From positions 64,001 through 128,000 of the forward strand of contig JAPSGB010000011.1 in assembly GCA_035063585.1 (NCBI GenBank): 64,000 nucleotides of DNA. The letters are read 5' to 3'. The stretch's first letter is position 1, and each line of letters begins with the position of its first letter. The notes under the pieces are model-generated. The model was not told where the DNA came from. It saw nothing but the letters and a program-made list of their open reading frames with translations, and did not search any database. This stretch comes from Polyangiaceae bacterium. Its GTDB lineage: Bacteria > Myxococcota_A > Polyangia > Polyangiales > Polyangiaceae. Shown piece by piece: positions 12,870 to 24,174 of the stretch. A program made the position numbers and the translations under genes.

Positions 12870-14362
12870 GGCGCGGAACCTCGCGGTCCGCCCGCGCGCT
12901 CGCGTCGCTCGGCGCGCTCGGCGCGCTCGGCGCGGGCTGTACGGTCGACATCGCGCAGCCCGAGCGCGTCGAGCGGATGGGCGTGACGGTGGCGCTCGCC
13001 GACGGCACGCCGCTGCCCGGGCCGGGCGATGCGCCGCTGCCCATCCCACCGGACGGCACGGTCGAGCTCGTCGTCGATCTCCGGGCGCTCCGCGCGGACG
13101 GCGCGGTCGACGCGACCTTCTCGGGCTTCGTGCGGCTCGACGTCGAGCCCGGCACCGTGATCCGCGTGCGGGGAGAGGGCGCGGAGGGCCGAAACGCGCT
13201 GCTCGCGGGCGGCGTCGCCGAGGGGGTGCGCGTGCTCCTCGGCAACGTGCGCGGCCCGACGCGCGTCTGGGCGGAGGACATCGGCTACGTCCCGACCGAT
13301 CCGTTCCTGCCGCCGGCCTGCGCGGACGGCCTCGACAATGACGGCGACGGCCTCGCCGACTACCCGGTCGATCCCGGCTGCGCCTTCGCCAACGATGACA
13401 CCGAGACGGTCGGCAATTTCGCGGCGGGGGTCTCGGCGCCGGTGCGCTTCGCGCTTCCGCGCCTGGCCGACCTGCAAGGCCTGGGGGCGAGCACACCGTA
13501 CTCGCAGGAGGCGGTCACGGTGATGACGGAGGACCCCGCCGTCGTCATCGTGACCCGGGTCGCCTCGGACGGCTTCTACGCGACCGACGTGACCGAGACG
13601 CGCGGCTTCGGCCACGTGTTCGCGTTCAACTTCAGCACGCCGGGCGGAGTGCGAGTCTGCGATCGGGTCACCTCGCTGTCGGGCACCGCGGCGGATTTCT
13701 TCGGCTTCACCGAGCTCTCGTTCCCATCGTACGACGTGCATGCGTGGGTGTTCCCCGACGCGCGCGGAGCGCACGACGGGCCGTGCCGCGTCCCCGAGCC
13801 GTGGCTCATCGACGCCGCCGGGATCGCCGACGCGACCGCGATGGAGAGCCACGAGTCCGGGCTCGTGCGCGTCGAGTCGGTGACGGTCGGGAAGCATTTC
13901 GGTCCTGAGCTCGCGAAGAACAACAGCTTCGGGCCGACCCGCTCGAACTGCGATTTCGACGGTTCGGGGTCGATCGACTTCACGCCGAACAGCCCGGAGG
14001 GCTCGTGCGTGAACGCCTGCGGCGCGGACGCCGAGTGCTCCGAGTGGTCCCAGTACGTCGGACGCGGAAACTTCCTCGTGCGCCTGCCGACCGGGCAGCC
14101 CATCCAGCTGAACACCGGCACCATCTCCGGGTTCGAGCCGCCGCGCGCGCGCGGCAAGGCGCTCGCGTTCGTGACCGGGACGCTCCGGAACTTCAGCGGC
14201 GGCAAGCTCAACTGGACGATCGAGCCCCGCTGCCCGGACGATCTCGTCTGCGACGATCCCTCCCAGCCCGCGTGCGATCCCGAGCGAAACGCGCCCGTGA
14301 GCTCCGGCACCGCCTGTGTCTCCCGAAGGACCACCGATGATCCGAATGAAGCCACGAACTAG
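12866..14362 (+). CDS. Lipoprotein with Ca-binding-like motif and OB-fold-like domains
   Basis: GTGA overlap with upstream stop; lipobox GAGC; CADGLDNDGDGLADYP; VTRVASDGFYATD..DRV..SG....GFTEL and ESHESGLVRV resemble YhcR/ExeM OB folds. Confidence 0.75.
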   Translation: MRRGTSRSARALASLGALGALGAGCTVDIAQPERVERMGVTVALADGTPLPGPGDAPLPIPPDGTVELVVDLRALRADGAVDATFSGFVRLDVEPGTVIRVRGEGAEGRNALLAGGVAEGVRVLLGNVRGPTRVWAEDIGYVPTDPFLPPACADGLDNDGDGLADYPVDPGCAFANDDTETVGNFAAGVSAPVRFALPRLADLQGLGASTPYSQEAVTVMTEDPAVVIVTRVASDGFYATDVTETRGFGHVFAFNFSTPGGVRVCDRVTSLSGTAADFFGFTELSFPSYDVHAWVFPDARGAHDGPCRVPEPWLIDAAGIADATAMESHESGLVRVESVTVGKHFGPELAKNNSFGPTRSNCDFDGSGSIDFTPNSPEGSCVNACGADAECSEWSQYVGRGNFLVRLPTGQPIQLNTGTISGFEPPRARGKALAFVTGTLRNFSGGKLNWTIEPRCPDDLVCDDPSQPACDPERNAPVSSGTACVSRRTTDDPNEATN

Positions 14363-16169
14363 CGCCTGCCTCCTCGGACTCGCCGCGCTCGCCACGCTCG
14401 CGCTCGCCACGCGGCCCGGCGCCGCGCAGCCGGCGCCCGACGCTCCGCCCGGCGCGCCGGGCGCGCCGCCGGTCGAACCCGCGCCCGCCGCGCCGCCGCC
14501 GGCCGAGTCCGCGCCCGCCGCGCCTGCAGCGCCACCGCCGGCCGAGCCCACGCCGCCCGCTGCACCCGCGCCGCGGGCGCCCGCCGAGCCGCCGCCGACT
14601 CCGAGCACGACGGTCACCGCCGCGGCCGGGCCCTCCGCGCCGCCGCGCGCCCACAGCGACTTCATGGACACCCGGCTCACCTGGACGTTCGGTGACGACG
14701 ACTTCGTCCATCGAACCGGCGACGCGCTGCCGCTCTCGGCGAACGCGAGCGTGGGCGATCGCCCGCAGTATCGCCTCTTCTTCGACAACCTGAACTCGCG
14801 CTTCAGCGGTCGCGAGAACCTGACCCAGCTCGTCCTTTATAACCACCTGCCGGGCTACCTGCCGCGCCTCGACACCGAGGCGGCGCTCGTGCTCCGCGTC
14901 GATCTCTCCCAGCTCGCGAGCCAGTCGAACAACCTGAACGCCGCCTTCGAGGACGCCGGCACCTATATCCGCCTATTTTATCGCACCGCGGGCAGCGAGG
15001 CTTCGCCCGAGGGGCTCGGGGTCACCTTCTACCCGATCGACACCGATCGCTTCCGGCTCGGGTATCTCTATGACATCTCGTGGGGCGGCACCAACGCGCG
15101 GATCAACCAGTCGATCTTCCCGCGCCTGCAGGGGAGCGCGCCCGGGCTGAAGGCGCAGTACGACGGCAAGGGCTGGTACGTGTTCGCCGGCTTCAAGACC
15201 GCGAGCATCATCGAGGTGCAGCAGCGCCTGGTCGACGACGCGAGCGGGGAGGGCGCCGCGACCGACACCGTGCGCCTCGCCGAGACCAACTACGGCTTCC
15301 TCGGCGGCGCCGGCGTCGACCTGCTCGAGAACCTCCGCCTCGACGCCGGCGGCGGCTACTTCCAGCAGGGCCGCTTCGAGTACGCGGACGTCATGGGCAA
15401 GCGCGTGTTCACCTACGGCTACTCGGGCCGCGTGGTCGTTCATGATGGAATGCCGGTGCCTCGCTCGGTGGATTTCATGCTCTACCGCAATGACCCGAAC
15501 GCGAACCTCCAGCAGTTTTCCGCCGAGGAATACACGCCGGGCAAGCTCAGCTGGGCCGTCTCGCTCGAGGGCACCGAGCTCCGTCAGAACCTGAAGGACT
15601 TCGACGCGGCCGGCAAGACGGCCATCCAGCCCGCGCGCGCCGCCGCCGCTCAGGCGAACCTGAAGCTTGGCTATCTGCGCGCCACGGTGAGCGCCATCTA
15701 TCGGGATTTGCCGTTCGTGCTCCGCAATCAGCCGAGCTTCATCCCGTTCGAGACGCTCCCGAATGACGCCAAGACGGAAGACGAGATGTTCTTCGCCGCC
15801 GCGGCGGACTACTACATCGACTCGCTCCGCCTCACCCCCGGCATCGGCGCGGGCCTGCAGATGCCGGCGACCTTCCGCAGCGAGTCGGTCGACGCCTTCG
15901 GCAACGACACGAGCCGGACCATCGTCGTGCGGCAGCAGGGCGACCTCGCGTTCCTCCCGGCGGGCTATGATCGGGTCCCCATCGTGCAGGCGCGCGCGAG
16001 CGTGAAATGGGACATCTCGCCGATGCTCGCGGCGGTCGTGTGGGGGCAGTATCGCCGCGACAACAACGCGACGCGCCTCGAGCTCGACCCGACCGGGACC
16101 GTGCTCCTCCGCCGCTTCCTCGGCCCGGACTTCATCGGCGCCGGGATCTCGGCGCAAGCGCGCTTCTAG
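14346..16169 (+). CDS. Putative outer-membrane beta-barrel protein with Pro/Ala-rich N-terminus
   Basis: Signal peptide, Pro-rich linker, amphipathic aromatic strands, C-terminal GAGISAQARF. Confidence 0.75.
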   Translation: MKPRTSACLLGLAALATLALATRPGAAQPAPDAPPGAPGAPPVEPAPAAPPPAESAPAAPAAPPPAEPTPPAAPAPRAPAEPPPTPSTTVTAAAGPSAPPRAHSDFMDTRLTWTFGDDDFVHRTGDALPLSANASVGDRPQYRLFFDNLNSRFSGRENLTQLVLYNHLPGYLPRLDTEAALVLRVDLSQLASQSNNLNAAFEDAGTYIRLFYRTAGSEASPEGLGVTFYPIDTDRFRLGYLYDISWGGTNARINQSIFPRLQGSAPGLKAQYDGKGWYVFAGFKTASIIEVQQRLVDDASGEGAATDTVRLAETNYGFLGGAGVDLLENLRLDAGGGYFQQGRFEYADVMGKRVFTYGYSGRVVVHDGMPVPRSVDFMLYRNDPNANLQQFSAEEYTPGKLSWAVSLEGTELRQNLKDFDAAGKTAIQPARAAAAQANLKLGYLRATVSAIYRDLPFVLRNQPSFIPFETLPNDAKTEDEMFFAAAADYYIDSLRLTPGIGAGLQMPATFRSESVDAFGNDTSRTIVVRQQGDLAFLPAGYDRVPIVQARASVKWDISPMLAAVVWGQYRRDNNATRLELDPTGTVLLRRFLGPDFIGAGISAQARF

Positions 16170-16310
16170 CGCGAGCGCCCGCCCGGCCCGCCGGCTCCAG
16201 GAGCGGGGTGGGGGGGGGCCGGTTCGGCGCGGCCGGCGTCGGGCTCCCCCGTCCGGTGAGCGTGAACCGCGACTGAGGCTACGTTCAGTGGGCGCGCGGT
16301 CACCGAGCGG

Positions 16311-16338
16311 TTGACCGGAGGCCGGCGGTGCGTATACT
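16311..16338 (+). promoter_or_regulatory. Sigma70-type promoter of rpsO-pnp
   Basis: TTGACC, 16-bp spacer, TATACT, 24 nt upstream of the rpsO ATG. Confidence 0.7.
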
Positions 16339-16362
16339 CCGCGGACTTTTCAGGAAAAGACC

Positions 16363-16632
16363 ATGCCGCTACTCCCCGAAGCGAAACAAGAGGTCATCAC
16401 GACCTACAAGCTCCACGACTCGGACACGGGCTCGCCGGAAGTGCAGATCGCGCTGCTTTCGAGCCGGATCCAGTACCTCACCGGGCACTTCAAGACGCAC
16501 AAGAAGGACCACCACTCGCGGCGCGGGCTGCTCAAGATGGTAGGCCGTCGTCGCCGGCTCCTCGACTACCTCAAGCGGTCGGATGTCGAGCGATATCGCA
16601 AGATCGTCACCTCACTGAACCTCCGCAAGTAG
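16363..16632 (+). CDS. rpsO: 30S ribosomal protein S15
   Basis: [37 protein letters not shown]; 89 aa. Confidence 0.99.
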   Translation: MPLLPEAKQEVITTYKLHDSDTGSPEVQIALLSSRIQYLTGHFKTHKKDHHSRRGLLKMVGRRRRLLDYLKRSDVERYRKIVTSLNLRK

Positions 16633-16801
16633 TCGTCTCGGCTCGATCATCCCATCCGGCCCGAGGGGCCTCTTCGCTTCGACTTCGCTTCGCGCCCGTG
16701 ACCTTCCGGGTCGCGCGCGGGAACCGAGGCTGAAGCGGGATCTCTCATGGCCGGCGTCAGCCGCACGCAGCGGCCCTGTGCGCCAAGGGGGCGCTTCAGC
16801 A

Positions 16802-19039
16802 ATGTTCGTACGTGAATCCGTAATGGTGGGCGGCCGTCCGCTCACCCTCGAGACTGGCCGTCTGGCCAAGCAGGCGCACGGCGCCGTCCTCATCACCTTC
16901 GGCGAGAGCGTGGTGCTCGTCACCGCGGTCTCGACCGACGAGCGGCCCGGGCTCGATTTCTTCCCGCTCACCTGCGAGTACCAGGAGAAGACGTACTCCG
17001 CGGGCAAGATCCCGGGCGGCTTCTTCAAGCGCGAGGGGCGCCTCCGGGACTACGAGGTGCTCACCTCGCGCATCATGGATCGGCCGCTCCGTCCGCTCTT
17101 CCCCGAGGGGTACAAGAAGGACACGCAGGTCATCGCGACCGTCCTCAGCGCCGACAAGATGAACCCGACCGACGTGCTCGCGCTCACCGCCGCGAGCGCC
17201 GCGGTCCACATCTCGGACATCCCCTGGGACGGCCCCATCTGCGGGATCCGGGTGGCCCGGGTGGACGGCGAGCTCATCTCCTACCCGACCTTCGAGCAGA
17301 GCGAGCGGGCCGACATCGATCTGGTGGTCGCGGTCAGCAAGTCCGCCATCGTGATGGTCGAGGGCGGCGCCGCGGAGGCGAGCGAGGCGGAGATCATCGA
17401 CGCGCTGATGTTCGCGCACCAGACCGGGCAGGTGATCATCGAGCTCATCGAGAAGCTCCGCGCCGCGGTGGGCAAGCCGAAGCGCGAGTTCTCGGTCACC
17501 AAGCTCGACCCGGCCATCGCGGCGCGAGTGGCCGCGCTGGTGGACGCGAAGCTCCGCCAGGCCTGCGTCGTCAAGGACAAGAAGGAGCGCTACGACGGCT
17601 ACTCGGCCCTGAAGAAGGAGCTCGTCGCGACGCTCTCCGCCGAGCTCGGCGAGGCGAAGTGGGCCGAGGTCGAGAAGCTCGTGAAGGGCGAGTTCGAGGA
17701 GCGGAAGTACCACGTCGTCCGCGCCATGGTGCTCGACGAGCGCCGGCGCATCGACGGCCGCGACGAGAAGACGATTCGGCCGATCTCCTGCGAGGTCGGG
17801 CTCCTGCCGCGCACCCACGGCTCGGCGCTCTTCCAGCGCGGCGAGACGCAGGCCATCGTCACCTCCACGCTCGGCACCGCGAGCGACGAGCAGAAGATCG
17901 ACGCGCTCACCGGCGAGAGCTGGAAGCGCTTCATGCTCCACTATAACTTCCCGCCCTTCTCCACCGGCGAGACCAAGCCGCTCCGCGGCCCGGGTCGGCG
18001 CGAGGTCGGCCACGGCGCGCTCGCCGAGCGCGCCATCGTGCGGATGCTGCCCGAGCGCGAGAAGTTCCCGTACACCGTCCGCATCGTGAGCGAGATCCTC
18101 GAGTCGAACGGCTCGAGCTCGATGGCGAGCGTGTGCGGCGGCACCCTCAGCCTCATGGACTGCGGGGTGCCGATCAAGCGCCCGGTCGCCGGGATCGCGA
18201 TGGGGCTCATCTCCGAGGGCAGCAAGGTCGCCATCCTGAGTGACATCCTCGGCGATGAAGATCACCTCGGCGACATGGACTTCAAGGTGTGCGGCACCGA
18301 CAAGGGCATCACCGCCATCCAGATGGACATCAAGATCGCCGGGCTCGACCGCGCCATCCTCGAGCGCGCGCTCGACCAGGCGCGCGAGGGGCGGCTCCAC
18401 ATCCTCGGCAAGATGCTGGCCACGCTCCCCGAGCCGCGCAGCGAGATCAACCGCTGGGCGCCGCGCATCACCACCATCAAGGTGAAGCCGGATCAGATCC
18501 GCATCATCATCGGGCCCGGCGGCAAGACCATCAAGGGCATCACCGAGCAGACCGGCTGCAGCGTGGACGTCGAGGACGACGGCACGGTGGCGGTCGCGAG
18601 CAGCGACTCGGACGCGGTCCGGCGCGCGATCGACATCATCCAGGGCCTGGTCGCCGAGCCCGAGGTCGGCAAGGTCTACCGGGGCACCGTGCGCCGCGTG
18701 GTGGATTTCGGCGCGTTCGTCGAGATCCTGCCGGGCAACGAGGCGCTGCTTCACGTCTCCGAGATCGCGCACGAGCGCGTCGAGAACGTCTCGGACGTGC
18801 TCAAAGAGGGCGACGAGATCGACGTGAAGGTCATCAGCGTGGATCGCGAGGGCAAGACGCGGCTCACCCGCCGTGAGCTCCTGCCGTTCCCCGAGGGCAC
18901 CGAGGGCGAGCTCGCGCGCGAGCGCATCGCCAAGGCCCGCGAGGGCGGCCCGCCGCAGCGTAGCGGCGGCCGCGGCCGCGACGATCGCGGCCGGGGTGGG
19001 CACGGGGGCGGTCGCGGGGGCGGTCGCGGTCCGCGCTAG
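16802..19039 (+). CDS. pnp: Polyribonucleotide nucleotidyltransferase
   Basis: ETGRLAKQA, DFFPLT, RREVGHG, LESNGSSSMAS, KH and S1 domains; follows rpsO. Confidence 0.99.
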   Translation: MFVRESVMVGGRPLTLETGRLAKQAHGAVLITFGESVVLVTAVSTDERPGLDFFPLTCEYQEKTYSAGKIPGGFFKREGRLRDYEVLTSRIMDRPLRPLFPEGYKKDTQVIATVLSADKMNPTDVLALTAASAAVHISDIPWDGPICGIRVARVDGELISYPTFEQSERADIDLVVAVSKSAIVMVEGGAAEASEAEIIDALMFAHQTGQVIIELIEKLRAAVGKPKREFSVTKLDPAIAARVAALVDAKLRQACVVKDKKERYDGYSALKKELVATLSAELGEAKWAEVEKLVKGEFEERKYHVVRAMVLDERRRIDGRDEKTIRPISCEVGLLPRTHGSALFQRGETQAIVTSTLGTASDEQKIDALTGESWKRFMLHYNFPPFSTGETKPLRGPGRREVGHGALAERAIVRMLPEREKFPYTVRIVSEILESNGSSSMASVCGGTLSLMDCGVPIKRPVAGIAMGLISEGSKVAILSDILGDEDHLGDMDFKVCGTDKGITAIQMDIKIAGLDRAILERALDQAREGRLHILGKMLATLPEPRSEINRWAPRITTIKVKPDQIRIIIGPGGKTIKGITEQTGCSVDVEDDGTVAVASSDSDAVRRAIDIIQGLVAEPEVGKVYRGTVRRVVDFGAFVEILPGNEALLHVSEIAHERVENVSDVLKEGDEIDVKVISVDREGKTRLTRRELLPFPEGTEGELARERIAKAREGGPPQRSGGRGRDDRGRGGHGGGRGGGRGPR

Positions 19040-19106
19040 CGCGGGCCCCGGGGGCCGCGCCGTCCTCCGTGGACGGCTCGGCCCGGCTTCGAGTACGGTT
19101 CGGCGC

Positions 19107-19970
19107 ATGGTGAACCGGGTCGTCGCCTCGGTCGTGGCTGCGCTCACGCTGACGGTCGCCGCGCGCGCGGGCGCTCAGGCCGCCGCGCCGAGCGGTCCGC
19201 CGGGCCTCGCGCCGGCCGGTCCCCCGGGTGGCGCGCCGCCCGAGGCGTCCGCGCCGCCGGCCGCGCCGCAGAGCCAACCCAGCCCGAGCCGTGAGCTTCC
19301 GCCGGTCGAGGGCTCGGTCGGGCTCCGCGTGCTCGGCGGCGGCAACCTGTTCTCCACGCCCGGCTCGGTCACGCCGGCGGGCTACGAGGGGCTCGGTTTC
19401 GCCGGCAATGGCGGCGGCTTCGGCTGGGGCTTCGGTGGCTACGGGGAGCTGCGCTTCGCGGGACACCTCGGGCTCGAGCTCGGGCTGCTCTATGACAGCT
19501 CGGAGATCCGGCGCGACGTCACCTACAACCGCGTGGTGAAGGTGCGCGAGCGATTCACCACCTCGTCGGTGCGGCTCGATCTGTTGGTGAAGGGGATCCT
19601 GCCGTTTCCGGGCGGGCGTGTCTGGGCCGGGCTCGGTCCGGAGTTCGTGCTCTCGAGCAGCGCCGACGCGAAGAACGAGATCACCGAGGGCAAACAGTAC
19701 GTCGGCAACGCGTCGGACATCGAGGGGCTCATCCGGGCGGACGCGAAGCGGCCCGTGCTGCTCGCGCTCGGCCTCGGCATGGTGATTCACGCCGGGGAGC
19801 TCATCGAGATCCCGATCGACGCGCGCGCGCTCGACAACCTGAGCCAGGAGGACGCCTGGCGGGATCGGGTGGCGCTCCAGATGAACGGACCGAACCTCGC
19901 CAGCTACACGGTCTCGGCCGAGAACACCTGGGAGTTCCGGCTCGGGATCGGCATCGGCGCTCGCTTCTGA
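19107..19970 (+). CDS. Putative outer-membrane beta-barrel protein
   Basis: Signal peptide, Pro-rich linker, beta strands, C-terminal FRLGIGIGARF. Confidence 0.7.
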   Translation: MVNRVVASVVAALTLTVAARAGAQAAAPSGPPGLAPAGPPGGAPPEASAPPAAPQSQPSPSRELPPVEGSVGLRVLGGGNLFSTPGSVTPAGYEGLGFAGNGGGFGWGFGGYGELRFAGHLGLELGLLYDSSEIRRDVTYNRVVKVRERFTTSSVRLDLLVKGILPFPGGRVWAGLGPEFVLSSSADAKNEITEGKQYVGNASDIEGLIRADAKRPVLLALGLGMVIHAGELIEIPIDARALDNLSQEDAWRDRVALQMNGPNLASYTVSAENTWEFRLGIGIGARF

Positions 19971-19994
19971 GCGCGCTCAAGGAAGGAATCTCTC

Positions 19995-21023
19995 ATGCGT
20001 CTCGCGCTCGTCACCGGCTACTCCGGCTCGCGTATAACGCTGGACCTGCCGCTCATCCACGAGGCCGAGCGCCTCGGCTTCGACTCGGTGTGGACGGCCG
20101 AGGCCTACGGCTCGGACGCGGTGACCCCGCTCGCCTGGATCGGCGCGCAGACCTCCACCATCCAGCTCGGCACCGGCATCATGCAGCTCCCCGGGCGCAC
20201 CCCGGCGAACACCGCGATGACCGCGATGACGCTCGATCAGCTCTCGGGCGGCCGCTTCCTCCTCGGGCTCGGCACCAGCGGGCCGCAGGTGGTCGAGGGG
20301 TGGCACGGCGTGCCGTTTCGGAAGCCCCTCTCGTGGCTCCGCGAGTACATCACCATCGTTCGGAAGATCCTCGCGCGGGAGGCTCCGCTCGAGCATGACG
20401 GCGAGCACTACCAGATCCCCTACCGAGGCCCCGGCGCGACCGGGCTCGGCAAGCCGCTGAAGAGCATCCTCCACGGCCGGCGCGACATCCCCATCTACAC
20501 CGGCAGCATGGCCCCGAAGAGCCAGGCGCTCTCCGCGGAGATCGCCGACGGCCTGCTCCTCACCAACATGAGCCCCGAGCGGTTCGACGTCATCGAGAAG
20601 AATCTCGCGGAGGGCTTCGCGAAGGCCGGGGGCGGCAAGAGCCTCGCGAACTTCGACGTCGCGCCAGCGGTCGCGGTGATCATCGGCGATGATCTCGACG
20701 CCTGCCGCTTGCCGCTCAAGATGACGCTCGCGCTCTACGTTGGCGGCATGGGCGCGAAGGACAAGAATTTCTATAACGACTACGTGCGCCGCATCGGCTT
20801 CGAGGAGGCCGCCGAGAAGATCCAGGAGCACTACCTCGCCGGCCGCAAGAACGAGGCCATCCAGGCGGTGCCCGACGAGCTGGTCGACCTGTTCAACCTG
20901 GTCGGGCCGGTCGAGCGGATCCGCGACCGATTCGCCGCGTGGCGCGAGTCGAAGGTCGGCACGATGATGATCGCGACCGCGCAGCCCGAGGCGCTCCGCT
21001 TGATGGCGGAGCTCCGCGGCTGA
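19995..21023 (+). CDS. LLM-class F420-dependent oxidoreductase (Rv3520c-like)
   Basis: [52 protein letters not shown]; adjacent to cof genes. Confidence 0.9.
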   Translation: MRLALVTGYSGSRITLDLPLIHEAERLGFDSVWTAEAYGSDAVTPLAWIGAQTSTIQLGTGIMQLPGRTPANTAMTAMTLDQLSGGRFLLGLGTSGPQVVEGWHGVPFRKPLSWLREYITIVRKILAREAPLEHDGEHYQIPYRGPGATGLGKPLKSILHGRRDIPIYTGSMAPKSQALSAEIADGLLLTNMSPERFDVIEKNLAEGFAKAGGGKSLANFDVAPAVAVIIGDDLDACRLPLKMTLALYVGGMGAKDKNFYNDYVRRIGFEEAAEKIQEHYLAGRKNEAIQAVPDELVDLFNLVGPVERIRDRFAAWRESKVGTMMIATAQPEALRLMAELRG

Positions 21024-21025
21024 GG

Positions 21026-21676
21026 CTACTTCTCGAGCCCGGTGAACCGCACCCCGGCGCCGGGGCTCTTGTATTTCTTGTTCAGGCGAATGAGGACGGG
21101 CGTCAGCGACTCGAGCGCGACCGCGTTCGCGAGCTTGCCCGCGTCGAGCCCGCGGAGGCCCAGATCGCCGATGAGCCCGAGGACGGTGTCGAGCGCGGCT
21201 TGGTCGTTCGAGCAGGCGAGCACGTCGCAGTCGATGACGGCCTCCGCGTCGGCCAGGTGCGCGGCGCCCACGTGGTGCAGCGCCGCCACCACGCTCGCGC
21301 GGTCGCCGAGGAGCGCCTGCGCCTCGAGCGCCGCCGCGTGCCCCGGCGGCAGCGTGACCTCGCTCACGCGCGGCGGCGCGAGCGGTACCGTGATGTCGAT
21401 GACGATGCGGCCGGCGAGCACGCCCGCGAGCTCGCGCAGCGTCGCGCCGTGTCCGGCGTAGGGGACGCTGACGAGCGCGATCTCGCCCTGCTCCGCCGCC
21501 CAGGCGTTGGAGCCGCCGCGCACCTCGCGCCCCGAGAGCCCGGTGAGCTCGGCGGCGGTCGCCTCCGCCCGCGCGGCGTCGCGTGAGCCGATGAAGAGGT
21601 CGTGCCCCGCCTTCGCCCACCGGAGCGCGAGCCCGCGCCCTTCCTTGCCCGTGCCGCCGATGACCGCGATCCGCAT
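21026..21676 (-). CDS. npdG: NADPH-dependent F420 reductase (Fno)
   Basis: [46 protein letters not shown]. Confidence 0.92.
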   Translation of the reverse strand: MRIAVIGGTGKEGRGLALRWAKAGHDLFIGSRDAARAEATAAELTGLSGREVRGGSNAWAAEQGEIALVSVPYAGHGATLRELAGVLAGRIVIDITVPLAPPRVSEVTLPPGHAAALEAQALLGDRASVVAALHHVGAAHLADAEAVIDCDVLACSNDQAALDTVLGLIGDLGLRGLDAGKLANAVALESLTPVLIRLNKKYKSPGAGVRFTGLEK

Positions 21677-21814
21677 GGCTCCATCTTCTTCCGTGAGCCG
21701 AGCGCTGCGGCAAGCCCTTTCATGGGGTGCCGGTCCGGCGCGGGAGCGGGCTCGCCGATGGCTGGCGCGCGGGGCGCCTGGACGGGCTCGCGCGCGCGCG
21801 ATACGACTCCGCCC

Positions 21815-22620
21815 ATGCCCGGAGCACCGCGCGCTCGTGAGCGGGTCGAGCTCCGCGCTCTCCCCGGGGTCCCGGTGGTGGAGCCGGGCGCGGACCTCGC
21901 CGCGCTCGCGTGGGCGGCGCTCGAGCGCGCGGAGCTCACCGTCGCGGACGGCGACGTGCTCGCGGTCGCCTCGAAGCTCGTGTCGCGCGCCGAGGGGCGC
22001 TTCGTGGACGTCTCGACGGTCACCCCCTCCGCGCGCGCGCGCGAGCTCGGCGCGCAGACGGGCAAGGATCCGCGCGAGGTCGAGCTGGTGCTTCGTGAGT
22101 CGACGCTCGTGAGCCGCGCGCGGCCGGGCGCGCTCATCGTGCGGCACCGCGCCGGCGTCATCGGCGCGAACGCCGGCATCGACTTCAGCAACGCGCGCCC
22201 GAGCGGGGCTCCGGAGGGGAGCGGGCCCTGGGCGCTGCTCCTGCCGGAAGACGCCGACGAGAGCGCCGAGCGGCTCCGCGGCGCGCTCGCGGGGCGAAGC
22301 GGCGCGGCGCTCGGCGTGGTCGTCACCGACTCGCTCGGGCGGCCGTTCCGGCTCGGGAGCGTCGGGGTCGCGGTCGGCGTCGCCGGCCTGCCGGCCCTCT
22401 TCGACCAGCGCGGCCGCACCGATCTGTTCGGGCGCGTGCTCGAGCACACGGTGACCGCGTTCGCCGATCAGGTCGCGGCCGCCGCCGACTTGATCGCCGG
22501 CCAGGCCGACGAGGGACGGGCGATGGTGCTCGTGCGAGGGCTCGAGTTCGGGCTGGTGCGCTCGAGCGCGCGCGAGCTCTGTCGCGAGCCCGAGAGCGAT
22601 CTCTACGTGGGAGGCGGGCC

Positions 22621-22624
<4 letters not shown>
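21815..22624 (+). CDS. cofE: Coenzyme F420-0:L-glutamate ligase (stand-alone, no nitroreductase domain)
   Basis: [47 protein letters not shown]. Confidence 0.93.
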
Positions 22625-23534
<910 letters not shown>

Positions 23535-23538
<4 letters not shown>

Positions 23539-24155
23539 CGCTCTCGGCCGTGGTGCCCGTGAAGGGGTTCGAGCGCGCGAAATCGCGCCTCGCGCCGATG
23601 CTCGGCGAGCGAGCGCGGGCCGAGCTCGCCGGCGCGCTCTTCGAGCGGGTGCTCGCCGCGCTGCTCGCTGCGCCCGGCGTGGCTCGGGTGCTCGTCGTGA
23701 GCGACTCGGACGCGGTGCTCGAGCGCGCGGCGCAGGCGGGCGCGACCACGCGGCGCGACGCGGCGCGCGGCGGGCTCGGCCGGATCGTCGACGCGGCGCT
23801 CGCCGAGCTCGACGGCGCGCGCGCGCTCGTCGTCATGAGCGATCTGCCGCTCATCACCGTCGAGGACATCGCGCTCGTCACGAGCTCGGCGGCGCCCGTC
23901 GTGATCGCACCGGACGAGCGAGGCGAGGGGACCAACGCGCTCGCGCTCCCGCTGCCACCGCCCTTCGCGACCGCGTTCGGCGCCGCCGACAGCGCGCGGC
24001 GCCACCGCGCGCTCGCGCCCGGCGCCGCGGTCGTGCGGTCGCCGGGCCTCGCCTTCGATCTCGACGAGCCCGCCGATCTCGCCGAGCTCGAGCGCCGCCG
24101 AGGCGCGCCGGTCGCCGGCCGCGCCGGGCCGCCTGCTCCCGTGAGGGGGCGATGA
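23535..24155 (+). CDS. cofC: Phospholactate/PEP guanylyltransferase (CofC/FbiD)
   Basis: [36 protein letters not shown]. Confidence 0.9.
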
Positions 24156-24174
24156 CGCGCCCGGAGAGACGTCC

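Noticed and set aside
8727..13496. 1589-aa minus-strand ORF
   Set aside because: Antisense shadow of ptsI and the nucleotidase operon in high-GC DNA; no motifs.
16633..16801. Novel ncRNA between rpsO and pnp
   Set aside because: The hairpins fit the ordinary rpsO terminator and structured pnp leader; nothing distinctive can be supported.
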